A stretch of DNA of 55,822 nucleotides from a virus (Duplodnaviria > Caudoviricetes): positions 1-55,822 of IMG/VR virus record IMGVR_UViG_3300047095_000877; one strand, 5' to 3'. Position 1 is the stretch's first letter; every line of letters begins with the position of its first letter. The notes beneath the pieces were generated by a model that was not told the origin of the DNA, searched no databases, and saw only the letters and a list, made by a program, of their open reading frames with translations. Shown one piece after another: positions 28,301-36,701 of the stretch. The position numbers and the translations under genes were made by a program.

Positions 28301-28937
28301 TCGGCCGGTAGGCGATGCTGCTAGCAGCCTCGCCGATGCGCGTCGGATCGCTCTCATCGCCGCGGATCAAATCAGAGAACCGCAGATTGCGGTTGGCGCC
28401 CAGATACGCCCAGGTCTTGCCGGCTGCCAGCTGACGGATGGGAGTCTGGCCGAACGCAATCCGTTCCGTTGCAATGCGAGCAATTTCAGACGCGCCGATC
28501 GCCACCAGCGTCTGCATGAACTGGCTCGAGCCTTCACTGTGAACAGCGGACCAGATCAGCGAGGTGGCAACACGCACGCCGCCGGTCGGATTGTCGACGG
28601 TATTGCAGTAGACGAGGTTAACTGGATCGCCGTATCTGGCCAGCTCTTGCTGTGAGTTGAAGCCGAACCGAGGCGCAAAGACTTGATCGCGGCGCTGGCG
28701 AGCATTTTTCTGCTCCGGCAGCTCCGGCTTGGGTGCCAGCAGAATGCTCGCGACCTGAAACAGGATGCCGACCACCGCCAGCACGATGCTGACCGGCTCG
28801 CCGCGCAACTCCTGCAGCTTCTCCTCAGGCGAGCGCGTGAAATCGTGCTGCGCCGACAGGAAGTCGAGGTACTCCTCCTTGGAGATCTTGAGCGCTTGGA
28901 TCAGCTCATGTTCGTAGGGGAGGAGCTTCCGCGTCAT
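25335..28937 (-). CDS. Central tail tip / host-specificity (gpJ-like) protein
   Basis: ~1200 aa; ALFNQGNILEDS, FRVTEVQMDEEGEVTVKA; follows NlpC/P60. Confidence 0.8.
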   Translation of the reverse strand: MTRKLLPYEHELIQALKISKEEYLDFLSAQHDFTRSPEEKLQELRGEPVSIVLAVVGILFQVASILLAPKPELPEQKNARQRRDQVFAPRFGFNSQQELARYGDPVNLVYCNTVDNPTGGVRVATSLIWSAVHSEGSSQFMQTLVAIGASEIARIATERIAFGQTPIRQLAAGKTWAYLGANRNLRFSDLIRGDESDPTRIGEAASSIAYRPTLIGDQHSDGFSQAFSPSTMTKFGVYAPIPINVDYVDRDEDGEEKDAPLGIEIEGLENYWPLSVLNDARPVVPVGKKMTLIFKRITSTSNDTARAARELRRTLSSYIDAASTYKLGSAKFRVAAPIKNVELEDGSMRVSMECIEAGICPREDYGTTDFKKNGREAQREIIQLQLEVTALNNQLLRNEPILKEGIGTKVTNKLAEIRQLKDLINDFEDRKWTSAELDDIANNAELFDPVVVNYANQVDGLREQRKALESLIEDELDKPKADRRKSKIEEWRKQKQDVNQKLKRAQAKLGQAVQQYGLADRAIPGRGKTLKQEKKALNSREEQLNKEIAELTADANNLNLTAMTERDNGLRSQITTKQQRIDTLERYLENPNSWNDHFNTKCLVKMEEAGYETITECRVVDFALKAKVFKRIQGRAPKYGEEKVKKFRDSDNGTKVRAAFFWLQYRRTGQEWTRLPYIFGVRRGADVDNFMSLKFIAGDNIGKWQFRFDPIAEPAAEMEFHGFAKFAYIENSGDVQKISGSAGGQFTFLGSIRDRQGLKPPINVNPYEVDEWGLFSMRSDTQTSFSFEGGPEFSISAVTEQRIESFSTYPNLYRGLTLLGFNAYSGQGIQDLRSLSVFALEGKKLRRLRDDGTYPAEPDGSSSYAPDIFLDTILDSENGIGRFAKIAGVDLQALALAKRFCRENQLFMDCVIAEQVPWRQFWAEVAPFSLLELGRVGGRETLVPAVPCDEAGVITRSVPITALFNQGNILEDSYREEFLDFGSSVQDLIASVVYRETEVDGVFPRNRSVEVSRSDVTESNAVRQTFDLSQYVTNRSQAILFGKLLCNQRRHVRRAIEFSTFPTDSVLEPGSYIYVAIGRNQWNNVTTGVVESNGVLNTPIGQAPNGNGLKALVYRPGAPVVTVDNVAVSNGTASALAPYAGYLFVLGTAVTSKRVFRVTEVQMDEEGEVTVKAVEHPCIESGSETLSLIAHFSDSLFTVR

Positions 28938-29311
28938 CGAACCATCCAGAAGAAACGCCCTACGCCCTGCGGCAATGAAGCTTGAATGACATTCTGCCCC
29001 GGACCGATGAAGATCGCTCGGTTCTCGACACAGATTCCCAGCGCACCACCGGCAGCAGCAGGCAGAAGCGCCACAGCGCCATGCCATGGCGCCTGCAGAC
29101 GGCGGCCATGCTGCAGCAGCCAGCGCGCCAGCATGCGGCGCGGGAAGGTCTCCTCGTTGTAGCGCTCGTACACCCAGGCGAAATGCTCGCGATAGTCGCT
29201 CAGGCCGAGCCGGTCGCGCACCTCGCAGACCAACTGGAAGCAGTCGGTGTAGCCGCTGCCATCACCGGGCCGGTGACCCCATTTGTACGCCAGGCCCACA
29301 AGGTCGTTCAT
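28934..29311 (-). CDS. NlpC/P60-like tail assembly protein
   Basis: DLVGLAYKWG...TDCFQLV. Confidence 0.8.
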   Translation of the reverse strand: MNDLVGLAYKWGHRPGDGSGYTDCFQLVCEVRDRLGLSDYREHFAWVYERYNEETFPRRMLARWLLQHGRRLQAPWHGAVALLPAAAGGALGICVENRAIFIGPGQNVIQASLPQGVGRFFWMVR

Positions 29312-29802
29312 CGCAGGAATAGCTCCGCATTGAGCGGCAGAGGCCCTACCAGCTCGCGGGTAAAGGTACGGCTAGGGAAGTTGGAGCCGACACTGTCGAT
29401 TGCCGAGCGGAAGCGCAATTCGATCGTGGTCTCGTTGAATGTGGCACCGATGCCGATGTAGTGATCGGTGGTGCTGTTGGTGATGGCGCCGGCTGCGTTT
29501 AGCCAAGCGGTCGTGAGCTGGAGCTCGCTCAGTCTGTTGCCATTGCCGGCCTCAACCAGCACCAGCGCAAAATCGATATGCGGAAACAGTACCTGAAGCT
29601 GCTGATTGTCGCCATTCAACGTGGCAAGCGCACCTTCGGCTCTAAATGGCGCAAACGCATAGCTTTGGCTTAGGAACGATGCGCTCTGACCAATGAAATA
29701 GTTCTGGTATCGATAAGTCTGGCCAAGTCGTATCACGCCATAGCTGTCAATCCACTGAGGCGTGAATAGACGAAAGAACTGGCAAATCCGCAGTTCGCTC
29801 AT
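29308..29802 (-). CDS. Minor tail protein (gpL-like position)
   Basis: YQNYF..FAPF..FPSRT; synteny. Confidence 0.65.
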   Translation of the reverse strand: MSELRICQFFRLFTPQWIDSYGVIRLGQTYRYQNYFIGQSASFLSQSYAFAPFRAEGALATLNGDNQQLQVLFPHIDFALVLVEAGNGNRLSELQLTTAWLNAAGAITNSTTDHYIGIGATFNETTIELRFRSAIDSVGSNFPSRTFTRELVGPLPLNAELFLR

Positions 29803-30191
29803 CAGTAGCTAAGCTCCCCGACCAGTGAGATCGACACCCGACTGCGGCCAACGTAGACCGACTGCACGTCAGGTGGCGCGGCATACTCCCACTTGATGCT
29901 GGTCGGAGCCTGGATGTAGCCGCGCATCGTGCTGGTCATGCCCGCGAATAACGTGTCGGGCAGGGTGAAGCGCGTAAAGCCGCCACTGGTGTTGTTGTAG
30001 TGAGCCAGCAATAGCTCGGTCGAAGCGTCGGGGATGTTGTCGTACTCGAGCTTTAGCTGAAAGCCTGTTGGGCGGTTGCCGAACGCACGCTTGACTGTTG
30101 CGCCGGACAGTGCCCGGTACGCCTTCACCGGAAAGCTGCCGAGCTTGAAGCTGCGGCCGCTTGGCTTGATCTGTGGGAAAGGTACAGACAT
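29802..30191 (-). CDS. Distal tail protein-like
   Basis: FP.IKPS.R...W.YA.PP.V; directly after tape measure. Confidence 0.65.
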   Translation of the reverse strand: MSVPFPQIKPSGRSFKLGSFPVKAYRALSGATVKRAFGNRPTGFQLKLEYDNIPDASTELLLAHYNNTSGGFTRFTLPDTLFAGMTSTMRGYIQAPTSIKWEYAAPPDVQSVYVGRSRVSISLVGELSY

Positions 30192-33100
30192 CAGCGCAGC
30201 CCCACACGAGTACGGGTGGATGGGCTCTGTTGCAGCCTATCAAGGGTCATGGTCATGCCACGCTTGGCGCCGTCACGGGATGCAGCGCGGCGGGTCTCAG
30301 CCATGGCGGACTCCAACTGGTCGCGGCTGACGTATTCAACACCGCCGATGTTGGTGGTCTGGAAGTTCATGTTCAGTACCGGCGACGGCGCCTGAGCCGG
30401 TGAGCGGCCCATCATGTCGCGCATGCGGCTGCCGCCATTGGCTGGCGCCTGCATAGCCACTGGGATGCGGCGGCCATCGGGCAGGGGCACATAAGCTTCG
30501 GGCTGGCTGCCTTCGCCAAAGACTGCCATCTGCGGTGAGTTGGCAATGCCGCCGCGGGCGTATTTCTTGAGCGGCACCGGGCCGCTGGAGGTCATCACGC
30601 CGCCCTTGGCAAAGGCTGGCATGCTGGCGCCAAAACCAGCCATGCCGGGACCTTCAAAATTCCAGCCGCCAGCTTGTGAAACCGGACCAGCACCACTGAA
30701 TCCCTGGAACCCGCCACCTAACGCCTTCAAGATCGTCTGCATGGTGATCATCACCAGCTGCTTCGCGATAATGTCGGTCGCCATCTTCACAAACGCTTGG
30801 CCAATGTTGGCGAACATCTGACTCAGCACTTGCTTGACCGATCCAGAGCCGGTGACGACCGCACCGACTGCACCCGCCATTGCGCTCGAGATCTCGGTCT
30901 CTACCAGTTGGCCGACCCGAACGAGGGTCTTCTCGACATTGGTCAGCTCAGCCAGCTGTTGCTTGAGCTGGCCGATGTAGCTGGCGAGCGCGACGCCGGG
31001 AGCGGTCTGAGCTTGGGCCAGTGCGTTGATGGCCGCAATCTGGCGCTCGTAGGCGATATTGGTCAGCTCGATCTCGGATCGAACGGCCGCAATCGCTGTT
31101 GGATCCTGCTGCTCGTTGGCGATGCGCAGGTTTTCATTCAGCTGAACCAGTCGATCAGAGCGCTGCAGGTCGATCTCGGCAATTCGCATCTGCGCATCAA
31201 GCAGCTCAGGCCGCATGCCCTGAGCTTCCAGTTGAACCCGCTTAGCCAGCAGCGCATTGTTGTCCTCCAGCGCTTTGGCCTGATCGCGCAGACCTTGGGT
31301 CTGTTGCTGGGCGTATTGCTGCGGAATCAGCGTCTCAAGCCCTCTGACTTGGGCTTGGTCCAAGCCAGCCAGCGCCCGGGCCTGGTCAAGCCCAGCTCCA
31401 GCCACGCCTAACTGCCCTTCAGCGCGCACGTCGCGGCGCGCTTGGGCGCCAGTACCAGCAGCGCCGCCAGCCGTGCGCATTGCGCTACCGGCCATCAAGT
31501 GCAGGGCACGCATGGTGCCCTCCGGGGTCATCACTTCGATGGCGTGACCACCAGCGCCGGTGTTGCCAAGGTCGCGACCGAAAGTGGCGCCGCCCTTGAG
31601 CGTGAGCGCCGAGCCGGCCGGCGCGCCGAAATCAATGCCGCCGTGGAAGCTGCGGCCGAACAGGTTGCGAGGACCGTAGGGGCTGGTAACACCAAACGAA
31701 CTCGGCGCCTTGCCGTTGACCAGGAAATACTTGTCAGCATCAGCCTTGGTGATCGGCCGCCCGTCACCCCAGCGCAGGTCGAGATGAGCGCCAGTGCTCT
31801 GGCCGGTGTTGCCGGTGCGAGCAACGATGCCGGTGGTTGGTGTGCCGCCGCTGCCGCCAGACGTGACGGCCTCCATGCGCGTAGCCGAGCTCAGCTCCTG
31901 CTGCGCCTGCCGGACGCCAAGATCAGACTCGAACAGCCGCTTGCGCAGATCGCCAAGACGGTTTTGCAGCTCAACGAACGACCGCGCCGATTCGCTGCGG
32001 ATGCCTTCAAAGGTGCCGGCCCAGACATCACGCTGCTGCTGGATTCGCTCCTGCTCGTAGTCGTAGCGGCGGCGCACCAGATCCATCTGGTTGCGGAACA
32101 CTGCGTTCTGCAGGTCGATCTCAGCCCTGGCCGTTGCCTCGTTCAGCCGCTGCTGTTCAGCAGCGAGGCGCTCGGCTTCTTTCTTGGCCTTGTCGGCCTT
32201 GTCCTTGCCGCCGCTGGCATCGCTCGGATCGGCAAACTTGCTCAGCTGCTTCTGAAGATCCTCGAGCTCCTTCTTGGCAACCTCGGCCTGCGTCGGAAAC
32301 TTGAGAGGATCAAGGGCATTGAGGGTCTTTTGCGCCTTGGCGATCTGCGTCTCAATGATCTGCTTGTCGGTGACGTTGCCAAGGAACAGGCGCGCACCAG
32401 GCACCCAGAATCGCGCCCATTCCTTGCTGTTGTAGTCAGCTAGGTCCTTTTGCGCCTTGCTGAGCGATTTCTTTGCGTCGTTGACCGCGCCTTCTACTTC
32501 CTCGCGGGTTTTGCCCGCATAGTCGGCCGCTGGGTCGTAGTCGCGCAGCTCCTTGATCTGCTGCCGCAGCTCGGCAATCTTCGCGATGCCGCGCACCAGC
32601 ACGTCGATGACGACCGTGACCACGCCAAGCTTCAGCAGGCTGCCGATCGCAGCCCTCAGTGCCACCACCTTCGGTGTCGCCAGCGCAGCGGCCGCCGCAG
32701 CCTGAGCGCCACCGGTTTGCAGAGCGGCAAACGCGGCCACAATGCCTGGCCGCAGCGCAACGAATGCCTTGACCGCCAGCGTCAGCGCACCGAACTGCAG
32801 CGCCAGCCGGGCGATGTTGCCGATGATCTCAGCGTTGTCGACGATCGCCTTGAACGCCAGCGCGATCTGCTTGGCAGTCGAGATCAGCGTCGGACCGACA
32901 TCACGCAGCAGGTTGCCAAACGCATCCTGGATCTGTGCACCGACCGGCAGAAGAGCAGCGCCAAATTGCTGCTGGAAGTTCTTCAGGTCACGAGCAAATC
33001 GTGCGCCGGCATCTGCATCCGACTTGGAAATCTTCTCGGCCGTCGTTGTGTAGCGCTCGCCAAGCGCCACCACAAACTTCATCACGTCGTTGAGACCGAC

Positions 33101-34027
33101 GACGCCCTGCTCGAGATCCTTCTGTAGTTGCGGCAGGCTGCGGCCGGTTGCCTCGGCGAACAGCGTCACCGCGCCCGGCAGTCGCTCACCGAGCTGACCC
33201 TGCAGTTCTTCCGCCGAGACCTTGCCCTTCGAGAAGATCTGGCTCATCGCCAGCAGCGAGCCCTGCACCTCTTCGGCGCCGCCACCGGTGGCCTTGATGG
33301 CTGCAGTGACGTTCCTGAACACCACCTCGGCGTCCGTCACCTTGCCGCCAGCGCCGATCACGGAGGCGCTGAGCTTGGTCATGCCCTGCGTGCTTTCCAG
33401 CAGCGGCACATTCAAGCGGTTGGTGACATCAGCCGCAGCGGCCAGAGCACGCTCGTAGCTTTGCTGGTCGCCCACCACGCCCTTGGTGGCGATGCGCAGC
33501 TTCTCGATCTGCGCTGCGTAATCAGCCGTGCCGGCAATCGACTGCCGGAACATGCCGACCTGCGCACCGACAGCGCCGCCGGCGAGCGCACCAGCCGCGC
33601 CACCAAACGCAGCGCCAATACCGGCGCCAACCAGGCCCTCAGGGCCGCCAAACACGCCTGATGCAGCCACTGCACCAGCGGTCTGCGCAAACTGCAGCGC
33701 ACGGCCACCGCGCTGCTGTGCGCCAGTCGCCCGATCAAGCTGCGCCTGGTACTTGTTGATCGTGCCGGTGAGCTTGGCGTACTCCCTGTCGGTCAGCGAC
33801 AGCTGAGCACGCACGTCCTTCAGCGCGTTGATTGATCGCCGCAGGTCATTCTCAGTGCGATCGGCTGCGCCGCCAAGCTGCAGTGCAGCATTTTTGAGTT
33901 TCTGGAGATCGGCCGCGGCCGGTGATGCAGTGGTCTGGAGCTGACGAACGGCATTCTTCAGGCTCTCGACCTGATCCATCCCCCGGAGGAGGACCTCGAT
34001 CCTGGCTCTGATCGTCTCATTTGCCAT
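30191..34027 (-). CDS. Tape measure protein with M23-peptidase-like insert
   Basis: QIFSKGKVSAEELQGQLGERLPGA; FAKGG..GE..PE.YVPL; HGGID and STGAHL motifs. Confidence 0.95.
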   Translation of the reverse strand: MANETIRARIEVLLRGMDQVESLKNAVRQLQTTASPAAADLQKLKNAALQLGGAADRTENDLRRSINALKDVRAQLSLTDREYAKLTGTINKYQAQLDRATGAQQRGGRALQFAQTAGAVAASGVFGGPEGLVGAGIGAAFGGAAGALAGGAVGAQVGMFRQSIAGTADYAAQIEKLRIATKGVVGDQQSYERALAAAADVTNRLNVPLLESTQGMTKLSASVIGAGGKVTDAEVVFRNVTAAIKATGGGAEEVQGSLLAMSQIFSKGKVSAEELQGQLGERLPGAVTLFAEATGRSLPQLQKDLEQGVVGLNDVMKFVVALGERYTTTAEKISKSDADAGARFARDLKNFQQQFGAALLPVGAQIQDAFGNLLRDVGPTLISTAKQIALAFKAIVDNAEIIGNIARLALQFGALTLAVKAFVALRPGIVAAFAALQTGGAQAAAAAALATPKVVALRAAIGSLLKLGVVTVVIDVLVRGIAKIAELRQQIKELRDYDPAADYAGKTREEVEGAVNDAKKSLSKAQKDLADYNSKEWARFWVPGARLFLGNVTDKQIIETQIAKAQKTLNALDPLKFPTQAEVAKKELEDLQKQLSKFADPSDASGGKDKADKAKKEAERLAAEQQRLNEATARAEIDLQNAVFRNQMDLVRRRYDYEQERIQQQRDVWAGTFEGIRSESARSFVELQNRLGDLRKRLFESDLGVRQAQQELSSATRMEAVTSGGSGGTPTTGIVARTGNTGQSTGAHLDLRWGDGRPITKADADKYFLVNGKAPSSFGVTSPYGPRNLFGRSFHGGIDFGAPAGSALTLKGGATFGRDLGNTGAGGHAIEVMTPEGTMRALHLMAGSAMRTAGGAAGTGAQARRDVRAEGQLGVAGAGLDQARALAGLDQAQVRGLETLIPQQYAQQQTQGLRDQAKALEDNNALLAKRVQLEAQGMRPELLDAQMRIAEIDLQRSDRLVQLNENLRIANEQQDPTAIAAVRSEIELTNIAYERQIAAINALAQAQTAPGVALASYIGQLKQQLAELTNVEKTLVRVGQLVETEISSAMAGAVGAVVTGSGSVKQVLSQMFANIGQAFVKMATDIIAKQLVMITMQTILKALGGGFQGFSGAGPVSQAGGWNFEGPGMAGFGASMPAFAKGGVMTSSGPVPLKKYARGGIANSPQMAVFGEGSQPEAYVPLPDGRRIPVAMQAPANGGSRMRDMMGRSPAQAPSPVLNMNFQTTNIGGVEYVSRDQLESAMAETRRAASRDGAKRGMTMTLDRLQQSPSTRTRVGLR

Positions 34028-34340
34028 GGTCGTTCAGCACCTGAAGAGCGGCCGATTCCATGACCTGGATGCCCTCCAGCATGGCCTTTGGATCCTCAAC
34101 CGAGTATAGGCCGCACAGCCACTGCAGCACCTCGTACTTCAGGCCGGTGTAGCCACCCATGACGACATTCCATTGCGTCTGCAGACGCAGGAACATCATC
34201 ACGATCTCCCAGTTCTCGTCCCAGACCTCAAAATCCTTTTCTGGCTCAGGGCCAGGCAGGACGACACCCATCAAGCGGGCGTCGTCCGCCGAGTCATCCT
34301 TCACCGAACCACCTGCGGCCCAGTAGCGGGCCGCGTCCTC
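34017..34340 (-). CDS. Tail assembly chaperone gpT-like (-1 frameshift extension)
   Basis: FEVWDENW..F..LQTQW..GLKY; frame open from the slippery site. Confidence 0.85.
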   Translation of the reverse strand, partial: EDAARYWAAGGSVKDDSADDARLMGVVLPGPEPEKDFEVWDENWEIVMMFLRLQTQWNVVMGGYTGLKYEVLQWLCGLYSVEDPKAMLEGIQVMESAALQVLNDHGK

Positions 34341-34666
34341 TAGTTTTTTGCTTTGCTGCCTTCCAGGCTTGCCAGGTAGGCAGCGATGATCCCACGGGTG
34401 AAGTAGGGATCATCCAACTGCTCCTTCAGCGTGCTCTTGGTGAAAGGCAGCTCCTTGCCGGCTTCGTCCGTGATGCCCTCCCAGCCCTGGAGAACGGTCT
34501 CGATGAGATCGAGATCGCCTTTATCGATCAGCTTCTGAAATTCAGAACGACCGATGCGCTTGAAGATTGCGTCAAAGGTCTCGCTTTCAAAGCGGCCGCC
34601 ATCGACGGGTGATTCGACGGTGACTGGCCACTTGAAAGTCGAAGACTTCTTGCGGACGAATGCCAT
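34340..34666 (-). CDS. Tail assembly chaperone gpG-like
   Basis: Ends GCA AAA AAC TAG (A AAA AAC slippery heptamer). Confidence 0.88.
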   Translation of the reverse strand: MAFVRKKSSTFKWPVTVESPVDGGRFESETFDAIFKRIGRSEFQKLIDKGDLDLIETVLQGWEGITDEAGKELPFTKSTLKEQLDDPYFTRGIIAAYLASLEGSKAKN

Positions 34667-34683
34667 GCAGGTGAGCTCCGTGA

Positions 34684-35616
34684 TCAGGTGAAGACTAGGC
34701 TGACTTCGTCGTTTCCGGCAGAAGTCGGGATCGCCACATAGGGCAGGTTCAGCATCTGGATGCCGTCGCTGTCGCTATAGGAGGGGTTGGTCAGGTCAAC
34801 CTTTTGGGCGGTGAAGGCAACGATGTTGCCTGCGGTGGTGCCGTGGGTGAAGGTCAGGCTGCCCGTGGTGTTGTTGTTGGCGATCGTGAAGTAGTCCTTC
34901 TGCGCAATGGTCGGCGCCTCGATCACGACCTCGCCAGCAGGGGCGCGGTTGGTGATCAGCACCTGGCGGGTGCAGCCGATCAGCTCGCGGTGGACGACCT
35001 CGTTGGCCACGTCGAAGCTGACGTTCATCAGGCAGCCGGCGTAGGACAGCAGGCTGAAGTTAGAGGTGTTGCCCTCCTTGAAGATCACCGGAGTCGCCTG
35101 AGCGGTATAGGTGGCCGCAGGGGCGACGGTATCGGTCGGCGCGTTGTAGATGCCGGTCATCGTGAACGAGATCACCGGGATCTCATTCAGGTTGCAGGTC
35201 ATCGTGAAAGTGCCGCGGCAGCCGGTGGCCTTGTGCAGCACGCCATCGTTGTTGAAGTAGATGGTGGCGCTGGAGAAGCTGGAGCTCACCGGGGCGTAGG
35301 TCACGCTGGTGGTGGCCACGACGGTCTCGGAGAAACCGCAAGCCTTCAGCAGGGAGCCAAAGCGCGGTGCAGTACCGGCGGTGCCGGAACCAGCCAGCTC
35401 CACCTCAAAAGTGATGCCGACGCGGGTGTTGGCGAGCAGCTGCTCGGAGTTGCCCAGATAAGGGCGGATCAGCTCGCGGCTGACAACATCAGCCTCGAGC
35501 GGGGTGATTTCAAGACCGCGGACGAGAACGGCATCGGCGCCGGCGGGGGTGCTATCGGTGCCGTAAGTGGCTTCAGCTTTCGCCAGAATCAGGCGCTTGC
35601 GAGTCAGGAGCGGCAT
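34684..35616 (-). CDS. Major tail tube protein
   Basis: ILAKAEATYGTD, VELAGSGTAGTAP..LLKACG. Confidence 0.88.
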   Translation of the reverse strand: MPLLTRKRLILAKAEATYGTDSTPAGADAVLVRGLEITPLEADVVSRELIRPYLGNSEQLLANTRVGITFEVELAGSGTAGTAPRFGSLLKACGFSETVVATTSVTYAPVSSSFSSATIYFNNDGVLHKATGCRGTFTMTCNLNEIPVISFTMTGIYNAPTDTVAPAATYTAQATPVIFKEGNTSNFSLLSYAGCLMNVSFDVANEVVHRELIGCTRQVLITNRAPAGEVVIEAPTIAQKDYFTIANNNTTGSLTFTHGTTAGNIVAFTAQKVDLTNPSYSDSDGIQMLNLPYVAIPTSAGNDEVSLVFT

Positions 35617-35755
35617 TGCTCGTTACCTCAGGAGTTGCGTGAGCAGGGGTGACAGCCGGCTCAGTCCGCTCGATGAGCTTCCGCTTGCCGGACTTGGGGT
35701 CCAGGAGGTAAGTGCCTCCTTGCCCATGGTATTGATCGATTGTGATAGCCATCAT
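35573..35755 (-). CDS. Small hypothetical protein
   Basis: DQYHGQGGTYLLDPKSGKRKLIERT. Confidence 0.65.
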   Translation of the reverse strand: MMAITIDQYHGQGGTYLLDPKSGKRKLIERTEPAVTPAHATPEVTSNAAPDSQAPDSGES

Positions 35756-36177
35756 CAAGCCGCCAAGTTGGTGACAGAGGACCTGTACCGCACAAGGTAA
35801 TCGCACATGACGACGCCTGCCGGTTGATCAGCCTCGACTGTTTGGAACTCTACTCGTTGTGGCTGAATATCCATGGCGAGACCGCCAAGGGTCAGGTCAG
35901 CCATCAATTTGCTGTGCAGTGATTCCACAATCGGATCTGCAGCCTGGTCCGGGATGTTGGCACGCACCACCACTGCAATCCGCACAGTCAGCGACCAGTC
36001 CAGTGTTGGCAAGCTGGTGTTCTGCTGGGCAACGTCCTCGATCGGCTCGACAACAATCGCCGGGCTCTCTTGTCTCGCCATCGGCTCGACCCTGCTGCGA
36101 TAGATGCGCGCCGCTACGCCGGTCGTTCCGGTCAGCGCCGTGCGGATTGCAGCAAGGATCTGTTCGCGCTTGGTCAT
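35755..36177 (-). CDS. Tail terminator-like protein
   Basis: TKREQIL..RIYRSR..PAI..D.TLGGLA; synteny. Confidence 0.75.
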   Translation of the reverse strand: MTKREQILAAIRTALTGTTGVAARIYRSRVEPMARQESPAIVVEPIEDVAQQNTSLPTLDWSLTVRIAVVVRANIPDQAADPIVESLHSKLMADLTLGGLAMDIQPQRVEFQTVEADQPAGVVMCDYLVRYRSSVTNLAA

Positions 36178-36263
36178 GGCATCAGATTAGCGGTGGTCGC
36201 CACAGCAGGCGCGAAGGATGGAGTGAGAAATCAGGACTTCTGCAGCAGCCGGATAAAACATGG

Positions 36264-36701
36264 TCAGTAGCTGCCCTCATCAATCGTGGAAGCATCAACC
36301 CAGGCCGTGCCGTTGTTCACCAGCAAATCACCAGACTGAGCACTGGTCAGCTCAACATCAGCCAAGTCACCTAGGCCAAATTCTTGCTTCGCATTGGGCT
36401 GGCCGCCTGGCGCAAGCTGGCCAGTAGCAAGCTTGCTTAGGCTCACCTCACACATCTGACCGTCATCAATCAGCCGGGTCTCTCTCACCTGATACGCAAC
36501 GCCCGCAACGGTGATGCCATCGCCGTAAATCAGCGTGCCAAAGTCCACCGCACGACAAGTCAGCGTGTAATCGGTGGTCAGCACCATGCCGTCGGCCACC
36601 ACCTGGCTTGGCATGTCCAGAATGCCCTTGGCCGTCACCGCGCCAGCAGTGCAGGTGACGCCAAAGTCTTCAAGGAACAGGTTTAGGTCTTCGGTGATCA
36701 C
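36264..36701 (-). CDS. Head-tail joining (head closure) protein with C-terminal extension
   Basis: EDL..F..DFG..GILD.P..GD.ITV.G..Y.V..DDG. Confidence 0.8.
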   Translation of the reverse strand: MITEDLNLFLEDFGVTCTAGAVTAKGILDMPSQVVADGMVLTTDYTLTCRAVDFGTLIYGDGITVAGVAYQVRETRLIDDGQMCEVSLSKLATGQLAPGGQPNAKQEFGLGDLADVELTSAQSGDLLVNNGTAWVDASTIDEGSY

